A stretch of DNA of 64,000 nucleotides from Octopus vulgaris (GCA_951406725.2 OX597823.1:7440001-7504000), one strand, 5' to 3'; shown: positions 42,717-55,453, counted from the stretch's first letter. Notes: generated from the letters alone by a model not told the origin. Numbers and translations are program-made.

Positions 42717-43090
42717 CAAAGTACAGGTGAGGATATAAGCCTCGTAGGGATAAAACATCCAAGATTATACGGGTTGAATACCTAACGATATAGGCTCATA
42801 CATAATTAATATTATTAAAAACCAAAGAGAGAAGATGGAGATAATCTTATCTCCATCTTCTCCCTTGGTTTTTAATATATCAGTGTGTGTGTGTGTTTAG
42901 TGGGCTGTCTTTTATGGTCCGTCGTAGAGTGAACATTGGTTTCGCCCATAACCTCTCGGCCATAACAATCTTCTAAATATATTGTTGCTCTAATGTTTTA
43001 AGAGTGTTCTTTTCCGGATTATATGAACGACTGACGATATAGATTTCAATGTATGTGTATATCATCATCATCATCATCATCATCATCATG

Positions 43091-43528
43091 TGACCGACCA
43101 GACCATCAGATGTTGTTACACATCGCTGGTCACAATGCGTTCGCATTGTTTTGGAATTGTTTTACGACGATGAGGGTTCCGGTTGATCCGATCAACGGAA
43201 CAGCCTGCTCGTGAAATTAACATGTAAGTGGCTGAGCACTCCACAGACACGTGTACCCTTAACGTAGTTCTCGGGGATATTCAGCGTGACACAGAGAGTT
43301 ACAAGGCCGGCCCTTTGAAATACAGGTACAACAGAAACAGGAAGTAAGAGTGAGAGAAAGTTGTGGTGAAAGAGTACAGCAGGGATCACCACCATCCCCT
43401 GCCGGAGCCTCATGGAGCTTTTAGGTGTTTTCGCTCAATAAACACTCACAACGCCCGGTCTGGGAATCGAAACCGCGATCCTATGACCGCGAGTCCACTG
43501 CCCTAACCACTGGGCCATTGCGCCTCCA
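43091..43528 (-). mobile_element. SINE family C
   Basis: Near-identical to 41534-41915, plus the alternative tail seen at 38515. Confidence 0.85.
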
Positions 43529-43546
43529 CGTATGTGTATATATGTG

Positions 43547-43608
<62 letters not shown>

Positions 43609-44054
43609 ATTGGTTTAGGGATTGAAAATGTACCTACAATTCGTTTTCAGATTCAGATGCATTTTCAACCCCAAAAGCAACTCTGTTATTCTCTTACGTG
43701 GAAGTTTTCTGTCTCTATGTCTGTCTGTCTGTTGGTCTGAATGAATGAATGAATGAATGAATGAATGAATGAATGAATAATAATAATAATTCGTTCGTTT
43801 ATTGGCCACAAGGACTAACGAAAATCAATTAAAACATAAAGGGACAAAAACACAGGACGAAGGTTACAAAGGGTTTTGTACGTTTGAAAAAAGTCCGTGT
43901 GCAAAAGCAGGATAACAACGAAATGTAAGTAACAATTAAAACTCCCAATAGGGGGAGCCGCTTCGAAAGGTTACTCATGCAAAAACCTATAAAAGCCACG
44001 GGAGCCTGGTCAAAAGGGGAGTAGAGAGCCCCTTTCTCCTTTTATATTTCCTTT

Positions 44055-44445
44055 TATGAAATTATTGTATACAGTGCTCAGGTGCACCACAACTTGTCAA
44101 AAGTGCGTATAAAGCACATGCAGTAATGTAAAAATGTCTGGAAAGCGAACAATGTATGAGTCAGATACATGCTTGTGTGTGTATGGAGGGGAGAAAATCA
44201 GGTGTAGTGTTGGCGAATCTCAGGAAGCATGGAAGTTTTGAAGGATGCAGTGCTCCGATAACTAACAACTGATGCCGGCAGTTTGTTCCATGCTTCAGCA
44301 ACTCTCAGCGAGAAAAAATGTTTCCGAAAGTCATGGGAGCTGTGCTGTTTTCTGACTTTGTAAACATGTCCACGGGTGTTAGACAGAGGGAGTTTGAAAA
44401 GGTGCTCAGAGTTATTGTTGGTAAGATGGTTAATAATTTTATGGG
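44055..44445 (-). mobile_element. 5'-truncated CR1-clade LINE (ORF2 C-terminus and 3' UTR)
   Basis: TRGHVYKVRKQHSSHDFRKHFFSLRVAEAWNKLPASVV..STASFK matches the CR1 C-terminal signature. Confidence 0.85.
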
Positions 44446-44560
44446 TGAATGTATGTATGTATGTATGTATGTATGTATGTATGTATGTATGTATGCATGT
44501 ATGTATGTATGTATGTACGTACGTATGTATGTATTTATGTATGTATGTATGTATACTACC

Positions 44561-45508
44561 CACCGCTGAATTAACCCATTAAGCAAAATAAGCACATGGT
44601 TAGGGCATCAACGGGCGGGGACACCACAGAAATGAAAATGGTTTACGGCACCAAAGAAATCGCTTTAAACGTGTTAAGAAAATATTCGTAATGGCTTATC
44701 TCTTCAAAGTGTAGAAGCAGAAGTTTTTCGTAAAATTAATTCTAACGATATCATTGAATACTTTGCAATTAAAAAAATGAAAGAGAAAACTTTTCAAATA
44801 TAAATAAAGTGGAAGCATACAAAAATAAACATTGATCTCCATCTTACTGTTAGTTCTGTTTCATTTTGAAAAATAAAAATTTATTATATGGTTTATCATC
44901 GTTTACATTTTGAATTATTTTTGTTTACATTTTGAACTATTTACATACCGTATATCCTCGAGTATAATCCGCATTTTTTCCTCAAAATTTAAAGGTCAAA
45001 ATCCCTAGTGCGTACTATATACGAGGTTAAAATATTTTCTAAGTAATGTCCGAGTCTCAATTTGCTGTCCACCAATGTTTACTCAGATGCATTTTGTGAT
45101 GTCAGGCGCGAAAATACCTTAAGCTAAGCCTGAAAGTAATGAAGTCATAAAAGAATCATCCATAACTTGCAGTAAGCTACATTTATTAAAATAAAAGTAT
45201 TCAGAACACAGAATAACCCGTAACAACAACAATTTGCAAACATATTTACATTCCCATATAACAGTTAAGAACAGCATCATTATTGTATTACGTATGCGCG
45301 GAAGTGTTTGTTCGACTAGGTGCTGCTGGCTTAATTACTCATGACTCAAGTTAGAGAAGAGGTGCATATTATATACAAGGTTTAGGTTTTTCAGATGTAC
45401 AGCCTCCTAAAAATCCCCTGCGTATTATACTCGAGGATTTACGGTATACTTGAAGGCACCAAAACTTTTTAAGTGCTTAGGGCCTCTATGGGTCTTAATC
45501 CGGCCCTG
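44561..45508 (+). mobile_element. hAT deletion derivative with an 8-bp TSD
   Basis: TSD ATACTACC (44553-44560 and 45509-45516); right TIR TTAATCCGGCCCTG; remnant SVEAEVFRKINSNDIIEYFAIKK resembles the hAT dimerisation-domain end. Confidence 0.8.
44948..45444. mobile_element. pogo/Tigger-like MITE nested in the hAT element
   Basis: TIRs CCGTA(T/A)ATCCTCGAGTATAAT and a TA TSD on both sides. Confidence 0.85.
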
Positions 45509-45769
45509 ATACTACCTATGTATACACACGCGAACACAATATTGTGCAGTGACACGTTAACTACAATGTTTAAAGGTTCAAAAAATCACTGATCCGAGAA
45601 ATTTGAAAATATCTCATACAATTTTTGTAGTGCTCACAGATTAGTTGCAAGCAATATCTCCCATAGTTTTCATTAGATCTAAAACTTCAAGAAATCAAAT
45701 ATTGATTCAGTTACAACAGGTGAAACCACCCACAGCGAAAGGCGATTTACACTGGTATATATAACAAAA

Positions 45770-45987
45770 GGGCGGTAGGCTGGCAGAATCGTTAGCACAC
45801 CGGGCGAAATGCTTAGCGGCATTTCGTCTGCCGTTACATTCTGAGTTCAAATTCCGCCGAGGTCGACTTTGCCGTTCATCCTTTCGGGGTCGATTAAATA
45901 AGTACCAGTTACGCACAGGGGTCGATATAATCGACTTAATCCGTTTGTCTGTCCCTGTTTGTCCTCTCTGTGTTTAGCCCCTTGTGG
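45770..45987 (+). mobile_element. SINE family A
   Basis: Near-consensus copy. Confidence 0.87.
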
Positions 45988-47484
45988 CTTTCTTTGATCC
46001 TGTATACTTAGATATTACAAACTCTACAATAGAGTAATGATAAAAATAATATATACATAATCTCCCACATGCAATTCTCATACACAACACGTATATAATT
46101 AACTCAATTAATTTTGCTCGAATTGAAAACGTACGCTCCAATTGCTACATCGTTCAGCCAGTAATATATTACTATGTGTATATAATGTTCTATGTCCGTA
46201 TATAAGCTCCATTCTATATTCACACGTCCTGATGGTTCGTGCTTTCCCCACAGTTTCCTGTCACTTTCTCTCCCTGTCTAATTCTCTTCTTTCTCCCTTT
46301 CCGCATCTCCATCATTCCTCACTCCCTCTCACTCTGGCTTAGATTGTGACTCCACTGAAAATTAAGTGTGCGCATTATATGTCCACGGATGGTTTAGTTG
46401 AGAGCAAACAATTTATTGCTGATCCTTAAAACTACAGGAGAATCTGTGTGTGTGTGTATCGCGCCTGTGTATAAACTTGCATACATTGTATGTATTTATA
46501 CACACTACATACATACAGGTACATCGATTTTCCAAAATTTTGGATTCCAAAGCCTTTCTTGATTATTGATCTTTTCAAACAGGGGGCAGTCACCGCTAAA
46601 TTAAACAAATATTACATTTACCATACATGAATAATTGAATGAAATAGAAGTACCTGTACATTAATATAAATGATGCAAGTTAATCTATTTTGTACCTTGC
46701 AAGGTACTGTGAAACAGAACCGCCCCAGTAAACCAGTCTGGTGGTTGCTGGAATCTGAAGTTCCTGCTTGTAAATTAGTGCGGATTATAAAAGATTCCCA
46801 ACCATCAGTGTTTGGAAACTCAGTGTTGTGTGTGTGTGTGTGTATGTGTGTCTTTATACTTGTACATTATATAATCCCTAAGCTTAATGTCAGTAGCCAT
46901 TCTCTAGTTTATGAAAAAAATACAAAAATCCTTGTATAGCACTGTGCGCTTCACAGTCCCAGCGACACGGTATTTAGTTGTTGTGCGCATGCTCACATGT
47001 CCGAGATAGGACGCTTCACACTAGAGAGAGAGAGAGAGAGAGAGCAGTGCATGAACGACAGTGCCGGGCGAAAGGTAGTGTTATGCTTAAAAACGTGTTT
47101 ATATTCTTGAATGTGATAAAGTGTAGAAATAGATTATCCTGCTTCCAGCTTCAGTGTTGCTGCCAGGATTTGAAAAATAGGGTACGTTTCCCCACCCCCA
47201 TATTTTGTGATTTAGGAGGAGGTTTTGAAAAACAAGGAGGAATTAGCGGCGGTGTTCAGTGAACAAATCAAACACACCACCAGGCAGTAGCTAAAACGCG
47301 AACCAATCAAGTTTATGTATAAATATTCTTTTTATATGTTTGTTTCCTTTTACACATCATTAAAACAACGGCTAAACATTTTTTGAAGCAGCAACCCCCA
47401 CTAATCTTATCTACGAGCCACCACTGCGCAGGAGTAGCTGCGTGGTAAGAAGTTTGCTTCCCAGCCACATGCTTCTGGGTTCAG

Positions 47485-48150
47485 GGGTCTTTACCTTTTG
47501 ACCGACAGATTTAAAAAATAACTTTTTGGAACTAAACACTTTCAAACTTCCTATGCTTGTAGAATGTGTCACATAAAACATCTTTTACGCTTGGCATTGT
47601 TGAGAAAATTCTGTATTTTGGAAGCTATTTCTTGTTAAAGTTGTCATATTTCGGTAATTTCAACCAATCAATAACGGGTATTCAGCTGAATAAAATTACT
47701 GCCGTTGTTTGTCAACAACAACTATCGGCGGTGTATATTTCGTTTGTCACTGTTATTTATGACATCGTTCGTGCATTTGCACTGGTTTAGCTTTAAGGTT
47801 TTAGGGTTAGGGTTAGGGTTTTAGGGTTAGGATTAGAGTTTTAGGATTAGGGCTAGGGTTTTAGGGTTAGGGTTAGGGTTTTAGAGTTACAGTTAAGGTT
47901 AGGGTTTTAGGGTTAGAGTTACGGAAAAACATGAAAAATGAAGCACGAACGATTCTGGTGGTGCCATGAAGTAAACATGCTTCAGATAAACTCGTTTATT
48001 CATACAAACGTAACTGAGATGAAAGATGTCATAAATAACGAAATATTCACCGCCGGAAGTTGTTGTTGACAAACAACAGCAGTAATTTTACACAGCTGAA
48101 TACACGTCATTGATTGGTTGAAATGACCAAAATACGACAACTTTAACAAT
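47485..48150. mobile_element. MITE related to 2493-3350 with internal (TTAGGG)n, right end lost
   Basis: Left end resembles the GGATCTTTTCGGTTTGAACGGCAG TIR and internal sequence is shared; inverted arms of about 140 bp (about 47630-47770 and 48020-48150) surround TTAGGG/TTTTAGGG repeats at about 47795-47920. Confidence 0.7.
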
Positions 48151-48286
48151 CTTATAAGAAACACCGTTGTAATCGTGTGCTGATTTTCAAAACAATAAAG
48201 GTGGCTTATTAGCAATCAGCACATGGTTTCAAAAGTGTTTCTTATAAGAATGACAAAGGAAGTTGAATTTAACCCTAGGTGTTAAG

Positions 48287-48343
48287 AGCTGCTGATGAGA
48301 ATTAAGGTGGTCTGCACCCAAAATTCGAAATTGTGATACAGCT
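48287..48343 (+). ncRNA. Type I hammerhead ribozyme with a fully canonical core
   Basis: AGCUG-CUGAUGA-GAAUU[AA GGUG gucug CACC CAA]AAUUC-GAAA-UUGUGA-UA^CAGCU; stems I and II pair perfectly; predicted cleavage after A48338. Confidence 0.8.
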
Positions 48344-48461
48344 GTGTACACTGGGGACTTACCTTCCTTTGTCAGTCATTAAGTACAGGGCTTTGGTGGC
48401 TTTAGAGTTAATGTAACTCTTATTTTAGCATAAACACTCTCCGCCACTTTATATATATATA

Positions 48462-49173
48462 TACGTTGAAGGTAATGTTATTTCTTTTGTGGAAACAACT
48501 TTGGTGGCTATACCAGAATAAGGAGCTATTTCTTGCACTAGAGTTAACCACTTAACGGTAACTCTCTTATATTTACGTATAAATTTGTATTGTCTCCCTG
48601 GTTTTTATGTGCTAGGCCACTTGGTGTTAAACTGATGGTATTATTAAATTAATATCTAATTTTTCACCCTCATTTATGAATTTATAAATTTAATATACTG
48701 CAGTAAATATTATATGCAGTATTCGTTTCCACTAAGTCTTACCATGCTTTTGGCGGGGAAGCTAAATCACAACTATGTATGCAATCGATTGGACCGCATG
48801 GGTATTTATCACCCGTGAGAGTCTAATAAATTGTATCGAAGTCAAATGCTGCTGATGACTTATAGATAAATATGTGAGTATAATTGCATATTATATTGAT
48901 AAAGAAACAATTGTTCAGCATTAATCTATCTTTTCGTTGTATTTCACTTTCCTTACGTTGAAGGTAATGTTATTTCTTTTGTGGATACAGCTTCGGTGGC
49001 TATACCAGAATAAGGAGCTATTTCTAGCACTAGAGTTAACCACTTAACGGTAACCCTCTTATATTTACGTATAAATTTGTATTTTCTCCCTGGTTTTTAT
49101 GTGCTAGGCCACTTGGTGTTAAACTGATGGTATTATTAAATTAATATCTAATTTTTCACCCTCATTTATGAAT
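48462..49173 (+). mobile_element. Retrozyme/Penelope-like element: a 492-nt unit plus a 220-nt terminal direct repeat
   Basis: 48462-48681 is repeated at 48954-49173; one hammerhead inside; (TA)n on both flanks; no ORF. Confidence 0.75.
48845..48922 (+). ncRNA. Type I hammerhead ribozyme motif
   Basis: AAUGCUG-CUGAUGA-[45-nt stem II]-GAAA-CAAUUG-UU^CAGCAUU; perfect 7-bp stem I and palindromic ACAAUUGU stem III; the first pair of stem II is a C-A mismatch. Confidence 0.72.
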
Positions 49174-49451
49174 GTATATATATATGTATATATAAATAAA
49201 AATAAATGCACCTTTTTAAAGCCTAGCCAGGCTCATGGGCCCAGTTTCCCGGTTTCAATGGCGTATGTGTTCCCTAGCTGAACGGGACGCCAGTCCTTCG
49301 CAGTGTTACTCACTTTTGCCAGCTGAGTGGACTGGAGCAACGTGAAATGAAGTGTTTTGCTCAAGAACACAACGCGTCGCCCAGTCCAGGAACTGAAACC
49401 ACAATCTTACGATCATGATGCTGACACCCTAACCACTAAGCCACGTGCCTC

Positions 49452-49482
<31 letters not shown>

Positions 49483-49503
49483 GGATATATATATAAATAT
49501 ATG

Positions 49504-49536
<33 letters not shown>

Positions 49537-49844
49537 GTGTATATATATATACATATATATATATATACATATATGTGTGTGCATGTATTTATATATTTAT
49601 GTATGTATGTGTATTCTGGTCTAGTCATAATGTGTTGGCTGTAAATGAACATCCCCCTCACAGAAGAAAGTTTGTCCATTTCCAGTCTTCCATGAAAAAT
49701 ATTCTAGGCATGGGAAAATATTTTCTGCTTTGGAAATGTTAAGGATTGGCCTCATCTGTCTATAGAAAATTTGCCTCAACAAAGTATGTCTGTATGGATG
49801 GATGCATGCATGCACGCATATAAGAGTGTATGTGTGTGTATATA

Positions 49845-49904
<60 letters not shown>

Positions 49905-50281
49905 TCATATATATAAAATACAAAATGGACAAGAACGCAAAACATCCGGACAACTATGTGATACAAAACAGGGACGACAAAACATCCAGATAGACGATAC
50001 TAAGAAAACAAAGACGGGTCATTCGAAATTTTCTATCTTCACTCAAGGACCAGATTATCCTTGAAATTTCGGTTGATTATTATATATATATAAATATCAT
50101 CATCATCATCATCATCATCATCGTTTATATATATATAAATTAGAAAAAAACACCTTTTATCAATGCAAATTGATATATATTCTAACTTTTTTATATATAT
50201 TTTATATTGTGTGAAATTTGACTTAGTATTTCACAATTGAATTTTTTTCCTTGTAAGTTTGGATTTTATTCCCTCAAATAA

Positions 50282-50320
<39 letters not shown>

Positions 50321-50755
50321 AGAAATATTTGAATCAAGAAATGGGTAGCCAGAAACCCATAGAGGAGTCTATAGAAATGATATATAGCAGTTGTGCAAAC
50401 CGTATGTTTATTTTACATATGTAATATTTTAGTATAGAAACTCAATTTTCACTTATTTGTATCACCATAATCATCATCATCATGGTAATCACAACCACTT
50501 AACTATGCATGCTTGGATCATTGGACGTTAATTCAAGCAAGTTTTCTAAAGCTGGATGATATAACCTTCCAGTGACCAGCACTCCCTTGTTTTTAAGCAA
50601 GGTACTACTTGAACAGAGGCAGGCATTTTTCATGGGAGATTGAAAGTAAAGACATGTGTTGTACAATGGTAACACTTGTTTACAACTATCACATATTATG
50701 AAAACATAGGAAGAAAAATCACACGCATATTTTCCAAAATGTGTACATTTGTGTA

Positions 50756-50812
<57 letters not shown>

Positions 50813-50908
50813 ATGAGTGTGTATATATATATATATATATATGTGTATATATACATGCATATATATATACACATACATACATATATATATAGATATATAT
50901 ACACATAA

Positions 50909-51120
50909 GGCGGCGAGCTGGCAGAAACGTTAGCATACCGGGCGAAATGCTTAGCGGTATTGCGTCTGTCGTTGCGTTCTGAGTTCATATTCCGCCGAGG
51001 TCGACTTTACCTTTCATCCTTTCGGGGTCGATAAATTAAGTACCAGTTACGCACTGGGGTCGATGTAATCGACTTAATCCATTTGTCTGTCCTTGTTTGT
51101 CCCCTCTATGTGGGCAATAA
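50909..51120 (+). mobile_element. SINE family A
   Basis: Near-consensus copy. Confidence 0.87.
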
Positions 51121-51574
51121 ACAAACAGATATATATACACATACATATATATAAACACACATATATATGCATATATATATACATGTGTATATGTACATAC
51201 ATACATATATGTATGTATGTGTGTGTGTGTGTGTATGCATATATATAAAATGATGATTTCAAAGTTTGATGCAAGGCCAGCAATTTTGGGGGAGGGTTAA
51301 GTCGATTACGTTGCCCCCCAGTACTCAATCTGTACTTATTTTATCAAACCCCAAAAAAAAGAATGAAAAGCAAAATCATACAAGGATGGAAGTTACCATC
51401 CCGTTTTAGTAGTGGTTCACAAAGTACATTTCTGCAGCCCACATCACTTTTATGTTGCTGGGTCCTTATTCATGTAGCTTCATGTAACATTATTCTTAAT
51501 GAGTGCTATGCATTCGAGTAATATTCAATGACTGCCTGTCGCTGCTTCATTGGGTTAACTATGATCAAGAACTC

Positions 51575-51787
51575 TCTTACTCTTTACTCTTTTACTTGTT
51601 TCAGTCACTTGACTGCGGCCATGCTGGAGCACCGCCTTTAGTCGAGCAACTCGACCCCGGGACTCACTCTTTGTATGCCCAGTACTTATTCTATCGGTTT
51701 CTTTTGCCGAACCGCTAAGTGACGGGGACGTAAACACACCAGCATCGGTTGTCAAGCAATGCTAGGGGGACAAACACAGACACACAA

Positions 51788-51834
<47 letters not shown>

Positions 51835-53229
51835 TACGACGGGCTTCTTTCAGTTTCCGTCTACCAAATCCACTCACAAGGCTTTGGTCGGCCCGAGGCT
51901 ATAGTAGAAGACACTTGCCCAAGGTGCCACGCAGTGGGACTGAACCCGGAACCATTTTTCTATATTTTCTATCTCAGAATGAAGAATACTTGTACATGTT
52001 TGTTTATGTTGTTATATATACATATATATATACTATATATTCTTATATTTGTTTCAGTCATTTAACTGCAGCCATGCTGGAGCACCACCTTTAGCTGAAC
52101 AAATCAACCCCAGGACTTATTCTTTGTAAGCCTTGTACTTATTCTATCAGTCTCTTTTGCCAAACTGCTAAGTAAACATACCAACATCAGTCTGTCAAGC
52201 AATGGTGGTGGTGGTGGTGGTGGTGGTGGTGGTGGGGACAAACAGACACACAAACATATATATAAATATATACATATATACAACAGGCTTCTTTCAGTTT
52301 CCATCTACCAAATCCACTCACAAGGCTTTGGTCAGCCCAAGGCTATAGTAGAAGATACTTGCCCAAGGTGCCATGCAGTGGGACTGAACCTGTGACCATG
52401 TGGTCGGTAAGCAGGCTACTTACCACACAGCCACTCCTGCACCTGTTATATATCTTACAATTCAATTTTGTATTTGGTTTGCAACATTCTTGATGTGAAC
52501 TTGTGAGTTGAAGCAAATTTTGTTGGATCTTGGAAAGGTCATTACACCAATAATACTAAATACATGCATTGGCTTTAATGACTCTCCCAAGATACTTGTT
52601 TCAGTTGTGAGAGTATCATATCCTTATTTGTTAATTCTATTTGAATTTATTGGCATCTGATTGTTTGATGTAGTTAACCAAGTTCAATTAGCCATCGAGT
52701 GCTTTCTAAATAATTAATTAAACTAATCCTTTTTACCTCTTGCCACATATATATATTACAGACAAGATAACAAATTTCAAACACAGTATAGTGTGTGTTT
52801 GTATGTCTGAGTTTGTACCCCCGCCAAAGCTTGACAACTGATGTTGGTGTTACGTCACCATAACCCATAACTTAGTACTTTGGCATAAATGACCAATAAA
52901 ATATGTACTAGGCTTACAAACATAAAGTTCTGGGGTCAATTTATTTGACCAAAGGTGGTGCTCCAGCATGGCCACAGTCAAATGAGTGAAACAAATAAAA
53001 CAATATATTCTTTTTACCTTTTTGCTTGTTTCAGTCATTTGATTGGGCCATGCTGGAGTACCGTCTTTTAGTCAAAGAAATCAACCTCTGGACCTATTGT
53101 TTATAAATCTGGTACTTATACTATCAGTCTCTTCTGCCAAACCACTTAGTTACAGGGACATACACACACCAGCATCAGTTGCCAAGCAATGGTGTTGGAG
53201 GCAAACACAGACTCAAAGACACACATAAC

Positions 53230-53278
<49 letters not shown>

Positions 53279-53405
53279 GAGGCCTTCTTTCAGTTTCCAT
53301 TTACCACATCTGCTTACAAGGCTTTGGTCAGCCCAAGGCTATTGTAGATGACACTTGTGCAAGTTACCAGGCAGTGGGACTGAACCTGGAACCATGCGTT
53401 TAGGA
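51575..53405. mobile_element. Cluster of family B SINEs (51575-51955 -, 52048-52445 -, about 52790-53000 +, about 53020-53405 -)
   Basis: Similarity to family B; the later copies show CpG decay. Confidence 0.8.
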
Positions 53406-53628
53406 AGCCTGCACCTATATATGTGTACATATATATATGTGTATGTGTACATATATATATGTGTATGTGTACATATATTATATATATATAACATACATAC
53501 ATACATACATACATGTAAAATCCTGTTGCATGTTTGATATGATGATTAATTTGAAGATACTTTTTCGATACTTAAGGTAAAATAAGCTCTCCTTGTTGCA
53601 TTCTAATGTTTGTTTTTATTTCTTTGCA

Positions 53629-55162
53629 GGTTGCTTCATACGGTAGTGCTTAAATACATATCAATTTTGTCCTTTAAAGTGAGTTTAGACCAGACCCACA
53701 TCATACATTGCATGTTGAATGAGTTCAAAAGGGGCTCTTCAGCAATGTAAGCAGCAAGAAATATTCATTCTGTCATATGGAAAGGAAGTGTTAAGTGTCC
53801 AGATATCCCAGCAATGGTTTGGCCAGTTGCACTTGGGAAATCTTTATGAACAGAGTCCCCTCAATCTGGACGACCAAGTTTTTTCCAGTATTGAGCCTCT
53901 GAAAACTTTAGTTTACAAAAATCCAAAGCAAACTGCACAAGCATTAGCAAAACAGTTCAATTAAAGTCACAATTTGATCATAAAACCCTTTCATGAACAA
54001 GGGAAAGTGTGTAAATTTGGTCAATAAGTCCTTCATCTTCTGACCGCTTCTCTGCTACATGAAAGTGTTGCTCTCTGATATTAATTGAAGACCAGACTTG
54101 CTACCAAAACTTTCCAGGGTAGAATCATCACAAGTGATAAAATGTGAGTTCTCTATAATGATATACAATGAAAACTCTAATAGTTGCCTACCAACAAAAA
54201 AAACAGGATTTAACTGAGAAAGTTATGTTCTGTGTTTAGTGAGATGTGAAGGGTTTTGTCTATCATAAAATGTTAAACCAAAATGTTACAGTTGAGGACA
54301 AGAAGCATTCCACAAAAATTTGCAGAAAAAGCACCCATCATTGGTCAGTCGTAAAAGGGTATTACTCTTGTAACAAGGATGAAAGGTCTGGAACACTTGA
54401 GGGGTGCAGGTCTCATCCCATTACATTAAATTATTTGTCGAAGGAAAACCAAGACTTTGAATATCTTCAACAGCATAAATAATATTTATTTTTCTGGATT
54501 CGCAATAATACATATACATATATTTCCTTCAGGGCGAACTGGTAGCCATGGGAGCTAGTCGCTGTAGCTAAATGGTGTGAACCAAATGCTGTCTTGAACA
54601 AGCGTAGTGTGGCTTCGCCACATGTTGGCAGCTTGAGAGAGATGTGATAACGCGTCCGTTCAATTCGGTGTCTGCTTCGGGAAATCTTGCTGTTGCTAGT
54701 TCTCTGCACATGAGGGAACTTCCGACGGCCTCCCGGAAGAAATCCAATTCTGCTCATGCATGCTGAAAACTTCCAAAATGGTGTCACTACACTCTTATTT
54801 TATAATGCAGGACCATGCATTGTCCAAGTTGCTCAGGAAAAACATTATGGCACTTAATATGGAATTTTTGCTTCATCCTCCTAACTCTGCTGGCCTTGGT
54901 CCATCTGACTATCATCCTTTCAGGTCATTGCAACATTATTTAATGGGAAAACAGTTTATGAATTGTGAAGAAGTTAAAAATGACACTGAGTTTCTTTTGA
55001 AACCTAAAGAATTTGGCACCTTAGGGATGAGCAATTTGCCAAATAGAGGGGATTATGTTAACAACAATGAAGGGAAATATCATCTTGATTAAAGATATCA
55101 ATTAAGTACATAGAAGCATTTGTTCCTTTCTTGAAATTTGACTGTACTTTCAATTCAACCTA
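53629..55162 (+). mobile_element. Mariner (DD34D-type) transposase fossil interrupted by a solo LTR
   Basis: THIIHCMLNEFKRG at the N-terminus, RKRVLL|LFYNAGP across the insert and LHPPNSAGLGPSDYHPFRSLQHYL at the C-terminus; left boundary approximate. Confidence 0.8.
54369..54791 (-). mobile_element. Solo LTR (423 bp), probably Gypsy-type
   Basis: TGTA...TACA termini, a 4-bp TSD CTCT (54365-54368 and 54792-54795) and AATAAA on the minus strand near 54486; removal restores the mariner frame. Confidence 0.8.
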
Positions 55163-55185
55163 AGATACATACATACATAGATACA

Positions 55186-55398
55186 TGCATACATACATGC
55201 ATACATGCATACATACATACATACACATACATACATACATACATACATGCATGCATGCATACATACATACATACATGCATACATACACACACACACACAC
55301 ACACACACATAAATGTTGAACAATGAAAATGAGTGCTCAACACCACATTGGGGGAGACATTCAAACAGCCAGATAGATAGACAGACAGACAAACAGAC

Positions 55399-55453
<55 letters not shown>

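Noticed and set aside
47795-47920. True telomere or chromosome-fusion site
   Set aside because: Short, degenerate, in a single orientation and embedded within transposon inverted arms.
54467-54787. 106-aa ORF
   Set aside because: Lies wholly within the solo LTR and has no recognisable protein motif.
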